From assembly GCF_006345805.1 (NCBI RefSeq), contig NC_043010.1, positions 53,010,001 to 53,074,000 of the forward strand: a stretch of DNA of 64,000 nt. Reading direction: 5' to 3'. Below, piece after piece: positions 39,490 through 50,965 of this stretch. The DNA comes from Octopus sinensis. Its lineage: Eukaryota. The position numbers and the translations under genes are program-made. Within the stretch, counting starts at the first letter, position 1; the number at the start of each line of letters is the position of its first letter. The notes below the pieces were generated by a model. That model saw only the letters and a list, made by a program, of their open reading frames with translations. It had not been told where the DNA came from and ran no database searches.

Positions 39490-40560
39490 TTTATTGCTTT
39501 CTGGTACTTCGGGTCATCCCTTGGGCATTTGTAGAAAGGATAAATCTTAAATATGCAGTTTCCAGATGCTTACTCAACAGAATATTGCCTAAGTTTTTTG
39601 TCTGATGTGTTGTCTGTGGATTCTTACACGTTCGCAAGCAAAGGGAATAGGAAAATCAGTATATGAGATTCTGTGCCGTGCACTTCATATCTGCGTTTAC
39701 TAGGAAGGAAAATCCACTTTTAGATTTACTGTAGGAACCAGTTCCCAAATATTTGAAGTTGTTGTTGTTGTTACACATTCTACAACTTTTATCTCTACAG
39801 CCCCTCATGGAGAATTCTGTATTATCCTATGATGTGAATTTTGCCCTTTTTAAGATTCTTGGGCAGGTGTTTACTGTTCTATATAAAGTTTTCAGCAACC
39901 AGATTTTTTTTTATCTGGGGCTTTGTAGGGGTATTCGTAGCTTTGCTTTTATAACGTAGACTATGATGGACACCCCAGGAATACATGTATTGATAAGTAG
40001 AACAGTATTTTCTTTAATTTTTTCCTTACATTAGGAGCACTCCGTCGGTTACGACGATGAGGGTCCCAGCTGATACGATCAACGGAACAGCTTGCTCGTG
40101 GAATTAACGTGCAAGTGGCTGAGCATTCCACAGACACGTGTACCCTTAACGTAGTTCTCGAGGAGATTCAGCGTGACACAGAGTGTGACAAGGCTGGCCC
40201 TTTGAAATACAGGTACAACAGAAACAGGAAGTAAGAGTGAGAGAAAGTTGTGGTGAAAGAGTACAGCAGGGTTCACCACCACCCCCTGCAGGAGCCTTGT
40301 GAAGCTTTAGGTGTTTTCGCTTAATAAACACTCTCATTGCCCGGTCTGGGAATCGAAACCGCGATCCTACGACCGCGAGTCCGCTGCCCTAACCACTGGG
40401 CCATTGCGCCTCCACTTTTTCCTTACATATCTTCAGTTGTATGAAGTCCGGTTTCATCTCTCTTATAATTCCATTATTTATTAATTTTAACGAGTAAACC
40501 TGTTTTTAAGAAGCCTTTGAGTTCATTGAGTCAAATTTCATGTATTTTCGAATCAACTAT
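39490..40560 (-). mobile_element. Penelope-like element fragment (thumb, linker, GIY-YIG), interrupted by SINE B
   Basis: Minus-strand KCTAQNLIY, ERVRIHRQHIRQK, FKIYPFYKC and CRDKSCRMC motifs. Confidence 0.65.
40032..40415 (-). mobile_element. SINE family B with about 13-bp TSD
   Basis: tttttccttacat on both sides (about 40019-40031 and 40416-40428). Confidence 0.9.
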
Positions 40561-41040
40561 TATTGAACGAATACGCCTGGCCATGCAATATGGAATGTTC
40601 CCGACAAGAGTAGAAGTTCAAGTACTAGTGTGTGTCATTTGGAGTCGCATATTTTTACGTGAACATCAAAAGCGGTAAATCACTATGACCGGTTTTGTCG
40701 TGAATTTGAAGGTGGGTGAAGGGTGTTCAGAATGTGACTGAATATCTGTAAATCATCATTTGATTTCTACCGAAAAAAAAGCTGTTATCGAGGAAGCGTT
40801 TCCAATTTTCAATGAGATATTGCTTGAAATTTTAGTAAAAAGTTTTCTTTGCTTCTTTATACAGTTTTCCTTCTAAAAAACAAAAGCCCATCATCAGGTT
40901 ATCATATTAGGGTGCAATTTTCGTCCCCATACTAGTGCCCTCTATTTGTGGATATTATTTTACAATCAATGTTACAGGTGTTCTCCTCTAGGTTTTAGGT
41001 AAATTCTGTTTCTTTTATATTTTCTTGAGACCTAATTATA

Positions 41041-41605
41041 TTGGGTTGTCCGGAAAGTTCGTGCCGATTTTTAAAAGCAAGGAAAAGGTCAATAAATACT
41101 TGGCATTACATTTTTAATCAACCAAATATGAACCATTTTGTTGCACAATGCGATTCCATCTTTCATTTATCTTAAAAATACCCTCTTCCCAGAATTGAGG
41201 TGGTTTCATGGCAAAGAATTCATCAAAGTATCTTTTTACATCATCCAAGGAATTGAAATTTTTATCATTAAGAATATTCTTCAGAGACCTGAATAAGTGG
41301 AAATCCGAAGGAGCAATATCTGGTGAATATAGAGGGCGTGGTAACACATCCCAGCCAAGCTGCAACAATTTTTGTCTGGTTCCCAAATCATCAAGTGCCG
41401 AAAATGAATTTTCTTATCTTCCATTTTAAAGGGTTACAGAATTAACACAAATTATAGGAACATAAACCTTCTACCACGAAAAGATAGCTTAAACTGTGCT
41501 CTAAATGGAGGTGCAGTCAAATCCTATTTTATGGACTCAACCATTTTCTAAATAAGTCGAAATGTAAGCTACTATAAATTGGCACGATCTTTCCGGACAA
41601 CCCAA
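41041..41605 (-). mobile_element. Internally deleted mariner with both TIRs and TA TSD
   Basis: TA|ttgggttgtccggaaagttcgtgccgattt ... aaattggcacgatctttccggacaacccaa|TA; LGWDVLPRPLYSPDIAPSDFHLFRSL...QNGSYL. Confidence 0.93.
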
Positions 41606-42290
41606 TATTTTGAATGCCGTAGACAACACGTCCACGATCGTATGCACTGTGAGTGTGTGCGAGTAACGCGCTGCCATTAATAAACTTCTGGATTCATTGA
41701 CGTGTAGAGTCAATGACATTGAGATACAAGATGGCCTAGAGATTTGGTACACAGTTTATCATCGAACTGCTGATATCAGATACATATTCATGCGCCATGT
41801 AAAAATTAGTTTAGAGCGGCGTTATTATTAGAATTGCATATAGGACACTGTCTGATAGATGCGAGAGATATGATGTAATCGGATAATACTGAGAGTAAAA
41901 ACTCTTGCAATAAAAATACTATATATAAACACATACATGCATGCATACACACGTACGTACGAAAATACAAACATTCAAAAACATACACACACATACATAC
42001 AAATAATATATACATATATACATATATACGTATATATATATATATATGTATATATATATTATATATATGCATATATATATACATACATATATATATACAT
42101 ACATACATATATATATATATATAATTGCATGATTGTATGACAATTCACACACAATCTTATACATCGAAATGAAAACCACGGGAAGAAGGCGTTTTATAAT
42201 TCGAGCGTTTCATGATTAGTCTCCATAATGAGATCACAGAATATTATTATATATATATATACACACACATACACACACACATACACACAC

Positions 42291-42355
<65 letters not shown>

Positions 42356-42497
42356 CAGTGTACGTTAAAACACATTAAGAGGCTTCCATCATAGGAATCC
42401 TTTACGATAGAAAGAACAGTTAAAGTCCCAAACCACTAATTTCTAGAGTAAAGGATTCCTATGAGGGAAGCTTCTTAATGTATTTTAATGTACACTG
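42356..42497. mobile_element. 142-bp Tc1-type MITE
   Basis: TA|cagtgtac...gtacactg|TA; about 50-bp inverted arms (42356-42405 and 42448-42497). Confidence 0.8.
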
Positions 42498-42623
42498 TAT
42501 TTTATATGAATAATATATAGTCTATTGACTAATTTTTCTATACGCTAGGCCACTGGTAGTAAAAATTTCTAAAATTTTTATTACACTGATATTATTAATT
42601 ATGTATATATATATGTATATGTA

Positions 42624-42701
<78 letters not shown>

Positions 42702-43140
42702 TATATACATATATGTACACGCATACACAAAGAGACACAAAACTACAGGATTTATTCCTGAATTACTAAGCTAAGTTATGTCATTTTACGCGTATTTCAT
42801 TAACAATGAAAAATATTCGTAATATAAGGCAAGTTTACAGAATGATTACTTTCTCAAATCTTCACAAATGTGTGTAACAAGTGAAAGATAAAAGATACAC
42901 CTTAATGTTGAAATGAAATCCTATATAGATATAAATATATAAATATAATGAATGTAGGATTGTGTCTCAAAAGTACTGTATCAGACTCGTTGTACTGAGT
43001 GCTTAAACCCACGGATCGACCCAAAGGGATGGCAGAAGATACATACCTGACGTACTGTTTATTAGGATACATATGTATATATGCATATACGGCTGAGTAG
43101 ACCAACGGAAGAAGGTGGTACTCAACAGTTTTAGTAAGAG

Positions 43141-43209
<69 letters not shown>

Positions 43210-43230
43210 TTAATACCATTTGACTCAATA

Positions 43231-43525
43231 CTATGCAGCTTATAGTTTCGCAGGCTCGTAGAAAGACTCACAGAATGCCGTGCTACAACTTCCAGACCGA
43301 CCACAGCTACCGATCAACATCCTGTTGGAACACGTGAGCCGAAGAATAAAGAAAGAACTGTTGTCGCTTCCAGACCAACAACAACAACACGTGACATAAG
43401 TTGAGAATTGGACAGCCTAACATTTAGGAGCCATCTTGAATGTGTTTCATATCTCGTTTACTCTGCTCTAGATGCCTGACGAGATAGCTTCGATCAACGA
43501 GCCAACGAAATTTTAAGCTGCATAG
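43231..43525 (+). repeat. 30-bp inverted pair enclosing a decayed HHR-like motif
   Basis: 43231-43260 vs 43496-43525 (about 5 mismatches); CTGACGA at 43476, remnant stem II gatagcttcg/cgagccaac, GAAA at 43507. Confidence 0.5.
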
Positions 43526-43768
43526 AACAGAGTCAAATTATTATTAAATTGTATATGCATATACGCATATCCACTTACACATACATACAAAACCTTACCA
43601 CATCACATAACACCTCACCACTAGACGCTTATATACACCCCCTCCATCTCAGAAAGTTGTAAATTTGCCAAACTGTCAGATTCATGGTTGTACATTCAAC
43701 GTGGAATGTCTAATAATCGATGGTGGTCATTTGTATTCAACTCACCTTCTCTTCCCCTTTCTCTCTCT

Positions 43769-43848
<80 letters not shown>

Positions 43849-44951
43849 TTGTGTTACATGTATGTGTTTGCGTGTGTGTGTAAGTGCGTCCAGATATATA
43901 TACATATATATGTACGTACGTATATACAAATACATACATGCGCACACACACAGGCACATAAACACAAGCACACACACACATATGTCAATATTTAGGAAGC
44001 AGTATGATAAACACTACAAACTGCATCTTGCGTTTATCATGCTTTTCCTAATGTTTCTTTTTTCTCTTTACTGAGTACAGTAATAATCACATCAGTTTAC
44101 TGGAAGTAGACTCGATGACGATACTCTAATGGAGAGCCCTACTATCACCAGTGGCAGTCGTACACCTAACTGTACACGCATATAATGCCACATACACGTA
44201 CGCATGCATACGTACATTCATACATACACGCGCTCTCACACGCACACTCTCGCACATTTATATATACATATATATGTTCTTCTATTCTTTTATTCTTTTA
44301 CTTGTTTCAGTCAATTCGACCACTGGATTTATTTTTAAAGCCAATTCCTTATTCTATCGGTCTCTTTTGCCGAACAGATACTGATATATAGACGCCCTCG
44401 GTCAAGCGGCATGGCATGAGTACACTTGCTCATACAAGTATCAGCAAAAATGTGAGCATACGCACACGTGAGGTTTGGTGCACCCGTGATCATAAAGCGA
44501 GGTAGCTATCTACTTGATGTTTATAAGAATGGGGAGGTTAAAGGTAAACTTAAGTCATTCATACATGTTAACGGTTATTTTTAATACTTTTCTCGCTGGA
44601 TTGCGTGTTCGGTTCTCTTTTTGGTATCTGTGATTTTATTTTTGATCTTCTATATAAATGAAGATTCTTCCTCGATCTAGTTGTGCTGTTCTTTCTACAA
44701 AATAAGAAGTTACATTGCGGAACAGTTTTCTTAACGAGTTGTATATATTTATCACCCGACGAGATACATCTGCACCACCGGATGCTCTTGAACCAGTTGT
44801 TGAGTTTCCCGCCCATGAGGAATCGATGTTAGATGTGTCGAAACAATTGTTGTGATTAATAATAAATTCTCGTATATTCCTCCTTCCGACTCTCATTTGC
44901 CATATACCGAACGATCACTGTGAAAGTGACTGTGCTTTACCAGTAAGGTAA

Positions 44952-45660
44952 CAGGGTGCTGGAATTAAATTTGACGGTTTGCATAAAAAGAAGAGAAACC
45001 ACTGTCTTATGCCAAGGTAAGAATGTTTTAGAAATAAAAGAATAGCAACTCGATAATGGTTAGGAGATAACACTTTACTCAAAGTAGGTGTCTTCAGCGT
45101 GCACCACGGCCTCAAGACGGCTTCAGAATCTGGTGCATGCCTTCCTCAGTGTCCTTAAGAAGATCTTTGAATACCTCCTCGACAGCTCGGCCTTACTGTT
45201 GTAAACAGAGCGGTTGGTGTTTTTCTTTATCGCGCCCCACACATAGTAATCCATGGGACTACAATCCGTGGAATTAAGAGGTCAGAAATTGGGGCTGATG
45301 AAGTCATAGGATTTCTTCGACAACCTCAGTTGATCCTTTTGGAGGGATGATTAGGAGCCGAATTACGAGGCCATAGATGCGGCCTTCCAGCAACAACCCT
45401 CTCCAATCGCAGTTTGACCAGCAGCTTCACAAAACCGTCTGCATTAAGCCTAAGACCCTGTTCAAAAATGTAGGGTAGCATCATGTCCTCTCAAGAGAGA
45501 CACACCCAAAGACCATCATAGTTTGAGGGAACTTGGTTTTCATGATGTACTTGTTATGCCTTAAAACCTTAACAGTGTTCAGAGAGCATTGGGCATAAGT
45601 CATGATGTCGGTGTTTTGATACTCGGTGTGAGTATCAAAATAGTATTCAGATGGCTTCCA
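44952..45660 (-). mobile_element. Tc1/mariner (DD37D-like) 3' remnant
   Basis: KFPQTMMVFGCVS, PYIFEQGLRLNADG and SPMDYYVWGAIKK motifs, similar to the 13045 element; TIR-like cagggtgctgg at 44952. Confidence 0.8.
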
Positions 45661-45741
45661 GTCCTCAACGTGAACCAACTATTTTCCCAAAGTTACAACT
45701 TAAATCATTATACTCTCCAACGTCTTTGACAGTTGAATAAT

Positions 45742-46127
45742 GGATGGAAGCACTCCGTCGGTTACGACGACGAGGGTTCCGGTTAATCCGATCAACGGAA
45801 CAGCCTGCTCGTGAAATTAACGTGTAAGTGGCTGAGCACTCCACAGACACGTATACCCTTAATGTAGTTCTCGGGGATATTCAGCGTGACACAAAGAGTG
45901 ACAAGGCCGGCCCTTTGAAATACAGGTACAACAGAAACAGGAAGTAAGAGTGAGAGAAAGTTGTGGTGAAAGAGTACAGCAGGGATCACCACCATCCCTG
46001 CCGGAGCCTCGTGGAACTTTTTAGGTGTTTTCGCTCAATAAACACTCACAACGCCCGGTCTGGGAATCGAAACCGCGATCCCACGACCGCGAATCCGCTG
46101 CCCTAACCACTGGGCCATTGCGCCTCC
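45742..46127 (-). mobile_element. SINE family B with 13-bp TSD
   Basis: acagttgaataat at 45729-45741 and 46128-46140. Confidence 0.93.
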
Positions 46128-46182
46128 ACAGTTGAATAATACGTCAAGCTGTTCCAGAAAACGAGAAAAGGATAGATAAAAA

Positions 46183-46533
46183 GGCGCAGGCATGGCTGCA
46201 TGGAGGCGCACAGGTGGTTGTGTGAAGGCGTAGGGTGGCTGTGTGGAGTTGCGGGCGTGGCTGTGTGGAGGCGCAGGCGTGGCTGTGTGGAGGCACAGGC
46301 GTAGCTGTGCGGAGGTGCAGGCGTGGATGTATGGAGGCTTATGGATGACTGTGTAAAGCTGCAGACGTGGCTGTGTGGAGGCGCAGGTGTTGCTGTGTGG
46401 AGGCACAGGTGTCGTTGTGTGGAGACGAAGTGATGGCTGTGTGGAGGTGCAGGGGTGGTTGTATGGAGACGTATGGGTGGCTGTGTGGAGGTGCCTGCAT
46501 GGGTGTATGAAGGCGCAGGCATGGCTGTGTGGA
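46183..46533 (+). repeat. 22-bp minisatellite (16 units) derived from the SINE A 5' end and A-box
   Basis: Consensus ggcgcaggcgtggctgtgtgga matches the SINE A start ggcgcaggagtggctgtgtggt; the array runs directly into a SINE A head. Confidence 0.9.
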
Positions 46534-46700
46534 GGAGCAGGAGTAGATGTATGGTAGGGAGCTTGCTTCCCAGCAATATGGTTTCGGGTTCGGTCCCACT
46601 GCATGACACCTTTGGCATCTGTTTTCTACTATAGCCTCGGGCAGATCAAAAACTTGTGAATGGATTTGATAGACGGAAACTGAAAGAAGCCAGTCGTATA
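46534..46700 (+). mobile_element. SINE family A head half
   Basis: B-box gggttcggtccc and body through ggaaactgaaagaagcc. Confidence 0.8.
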
Positions 46701-46714
46701 TAAATATATATATA

Positions 46715-47112
46715 CTAGCAGTATCGCCCGGCGTTGCTCGGGTTTGTAAGGGAAATAACTATATAAGCCTTTTTAGAGAGTTATAGCCCCAAAATAGCAA
46801 ACAAAATGCATTAAAAATGGGAAAAAAATGACGGTAAATTTTTTTTTAAATCGTTGACTCATCGTAGACATTTTAGAGAGTTACTTTCCTTATATAATAG
46901 CGAAAAAATGCATTAAAATGGAAAACAATGATGGTAAATTATTTTTAAAATCGTAGACTCATCGTAGACGCGCGCTAATACTCAGAAGGGCTCGATATGA
47001 ATCACGACTATAAGATACCCGCTTTTGGTTACACTGCACCCCAAAATGTGGGAGTAGTTAGGAATCTAAATCGTAGGAGACAGACACACAACTTGACTTT
47101 TATATATAAAGA
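46715..47112 (-). mobile_element. Non-autonomous Helitron (398 bp)
   Basis: Minus strand: A|TCTTTATATATAAAA 5' end, 3' hairpin cccgagcaacgccggg, CTAG|T end; internal tandem duplication of about 105 bp. Confidence 0.8.
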
Positions 47113-47177
47113 TATAAATAAAAGATATATATAAAGATATAAATAAAAGATATATATATAAATAAATAAATAAATAA

Positions 47178-47209
<32 letters not shown>

Positions 47210-47436
47210 TATATATTTATTTATTTATTTATTTATATTAAGGACATTACTATACATAAATGCCTCACGCTACGAGGGACTCTTAAAGTAAAAACTGCCA
47301 TAATAAATACATTTTACCGAATGCGACAGAATGCAAATCTAGAAGCGAGCACCTTGAAACCAGATTCAGCTGCAGATCATATGATTTTATAATTGGTGCT
47401 CAACATGCACTTTTTTAATCGTCATTTTTAAACGGT

Positions 47437-47486
<50 letters not shown>

Positions 47487-48144
47487 ATATATGCCAGTGT
47501 GTTACGTCCCCGTAAACTAGCGGTTCGTCCCCGTAAACTAGCTGTTCAGCAAAACAATAAGTCCTGCGGTCGATTCCTTCGACTAAAAAAAACCCTCTTT
47601 CAGATGGTACTGCAGAATGGTCGCAGTTAAAATGACCGAAACAAATACAAGAATAAAAAGAAAATCATCAGATATAGTCCGAAAACCCTGTATATCTATA
47701 TACGTCTGGGCGTATATATATAATTTAGACAGGAAGTGTATTGGACGATCTAAGAGAAATACAACGAACTTAGCCTACAATTGATAACACATAAGTTGTA
47801 GACAGCAGAGAAATACAAACACATCTCGTTATTCTCTTTTTTAAGCAAAAGGAAGAACAAATTGTATTTACACTCGAGTACTTTCTATGGTACAAGCGTT
47901 ATAAATTATAGGCTAACTGCATGTTATTCTTTAATTCTTTTATTCTTTTATTCTCTTATTCTTTTATTCTCTTATTCTTTTATTCTCTTATTCTTTTATT
48001 CTCTTATTCTCTTTTTTTTTATTTTACTTGTTTCGGTTGTTTGACTGCGGCCATGCTGAAGCATCGCCTGAAAGAACATTTTTGTGATCAAAGAAATCGA
48101 TTTAGCAGAAATTATCCTTTGTAAGCCTAGTACTTATTCTATCG

Positions 48145-48217
<73 letters not shown>

Positions 48218-48250
48218 GTGCGTGTGTGTGTGTGTGTGTGTGTATGTATA

Positions 48251-48688
48251 GGGTCATCCCATAAGTAATGCGGGTTTTTCAATTGCATGTACAAAAAGTC
48301 GGAGGGGATCAGGATAAACTACCTGCATCAACTTGCTATAAAAGCAGGTAGTGATTTTACCTTGTACTTATGCTTAGAATATATATATATATCACCGTGA
48401 TCACCGTGACCGACAAGGCTATCAGATGTTGCTACAAATCGCTGGTCACAATGCGCATCGCATTGTTTTAGCCTTCAAATGACACCACCCCGCAGGCCAA
48501 CAGAAGAAAGAGTGAGAGAAAGTTGTGGCGAAAAGGTACAGCAGGGATCACCACCACCCCCTGCAGGAGCCTCGTAGAGCTTTAAGTGTTTTCGCTCAAT
48601 AAACACTCACAACGCTCGGTCTGGGAATCGAAGCCGTGATCCTACGACCGCGAGTCCGCTAGCCTAACCACTGGGCCATTGCGCATCC

Positions 48689-48760
<72 letters not shown>

Positions 48761-49490
48761 TTCTGTGTTTGCTCCGCCACCATCGCTATAATGGAAGTGG
48801 GGAAGGCGCACATTCAGCATATTTTGCTCTATGAGTTCAATAAAGCCATCAACGCAACGAAAGGTGCGAGGAATATTAGTGCAGTGCATGGGGATCAGAT
48901 AATAAGCGTAAGTCACTGTCAACGCTGGTCCCAGAACTTCGGAGCCGGAAATTGCAACCTAGAAGACAAGCCTCATCCTGAAAGACCTATAAAGCTCGAT
49001 GAGAACGTCCTGCAAACCCTGGTGGTACAAAATCCCATCGCAACTGTTGAGGAGTTAGCAGAGAAGCTTGGATTTGGTTACACAACCAGTCATCGCTGAC
49101 TGCGCTGGAAAGAAAATGACCATCTTTGGTTTCAAGACGAAAGGTGTTCTTCCATCAGGATAATGCTCGGCCACCTTCAGCGAGGATGATATTCTAAAGG
49201 CTGGAGCAGTGTGAATGGGAAACGATGCCCCACTCACGATATTCACCGGACATTACTCCATCTGATTATCGTTTATTTCGCTGTCATCAAAATCATTTGC
49301 AGGGGAAAAATATGAATTCTGTAGACGAGGGCAGAAGAGTACTGGAGGAGTACTTTTCGTTTACTAGATAGATAGAAGAGCATTGTAGAAAATGAAGGAG
49401 AGTATATTCTAGATTATAAAGGAACTTTACTTATTTTAATTTTGAAAAATAAAAGAAGTATAAAAAACCACATTATTTATGGGATGACCC
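48251..49490 (+). mobile_element. Internally deleted mariner with both TIRs and a nested SINE
   Basis: TIRs gggtcatcccataagtaatg / cattatttatgggatgaccc; MEVGKAHIQHILLYEFNK...CQRWSQNF...LEDKPHPERP and FHQDNARP...YSPDITPSDYRLF. Confidence 0.9.
48391..48688 (-). mobile_element. SINE B head with an RTE-like alternative tail
   Basis: B head and body to ctctcactc, then tgtgaccagcg...gtcggtcacggtgatcacggtgat, similar to the tail of the RTE at 23637. Confidence 0.75.
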
Positions 49491-49835
49491 ATGTCTGTGA
49501 AGGCATGATGTGTTTAAATCCCATAACGTAGCGGTTGGGCAAAGGAAAACGATAGAATAAGTACTGGGCTTACAAAAGATAAGTCCTGGAGTCGATTTGT
49601 TCAACTAAAACCCTTTAAAGTGGTGTTCCAGCATGGCCACATTCAAATGACTGAAACAAGTTGAAGAATACAGGAATAAAATAATATATATATGTATATA
49701 TACAACGCCTATAGATTTATATATGCATATACTTAATATATATCTATATAGGCGTGTTATATATACAACCACACTGTATATATCACATATATTTTTATAT
49801 ATGTGAAATATTAATATATATATGTATACACACCT

Positions 49836-50176
49836 GTATTGAGACCCCCTTCGGTCATGACTGACCGTGGGATTGCACCTAGAAAGTTACCCCGCCATGC
49901 ACAAGTCCGGGCAAAGCTGTTTATGGAAGACCAGCTGTAGCCCATGCATACCAGCTTTCCCCTCCACGCCACCGATGTTATCCAAGGGAAAGGCAAAAAG
50001 GGGCCGATACAGCTTGGCACCTGTGACGTCACAACTCATTTCTACAGCTGAGGGAACTGGAGCAACGTGAAATAAAGTGTCTTGCTCAAGAACATAACAC
50101 GCAGCCCGGTCCGGGATTCGAACTCACAACCTCACAATCGTAAGCTCGACGCTCTAACCACTGAGCCATGCGCCTA
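49836..50176 (-). mobile_element. tRNA-derived SINE family E
   Basis: ggcgcatggctcagtggttagagcg...gagttcgaatccc head; shares cttgagcaagacactttatttcacgttgctccag with family D; different tail. Confidence 0.8.
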
Positions 50177-50727
50177 CACACACCTGTATACACTTTCATA
50201 TACACGTGCCTAATGATAGTTCACTGTACTGTGGCTATATTCAGTAAAAATTCTCTATTATATAAAAGTCAAGTCCATGCCACAATACTAAATCTCCATC
50301 TTACACTCTGATATGCTTCTGTAAGTGTGAACAATAGTGATACACGCAGCTATAATATCATGCCATAGACATTTACGTAACAGTGCGATATTACAGACTA
50401 TAGTTACATTATAATGTTATAGCATTGAATACAGTCTTAATTGTATGATATCACGGAATGTACATACACACGCGCACACATACACGCACAAACACATAAC
50501 GATGTAATATCATTGATTATATATCCTGAGAATGTGATTGTTAGCAAAACATATACACGTTTGCGTACAAATATACATCCATGCAAACATACACACAGAT
50601 ATGTATATGTATATATGTATATGTACGTAGTTGCGTACACATATACTCACACGTTCATATACACATCTAGGAAAGTATATTTAAATGTTTTTCTAAATAT
50701 TAAAATATATATATATATGTATATGTT

Positions 50728-50771
<44 letters not shown>

Positions 50772-50815
50772 TAAATATATTTTTATATGTATTTATATAG
50801 GCATACACACACACA

Positions 50816-50861
<46 letters not shown>

Positions 50862-50965
50862 CACATTCACACAAATTAATCTATTGCTGAATGTCGATAT
50901 ATGTACATGCATATATATTTATGTATTTATGCATGCTTGTGTATATGCATGTACGTATATGCGTA

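Noticed and set aside
46183-46533. CRISPR-like interpretation of the regular arrays (here and at 345-604)
   Set aside because: Units are contiguous with no unique spacers, there are no cas genes, and the context is eukaryotic.
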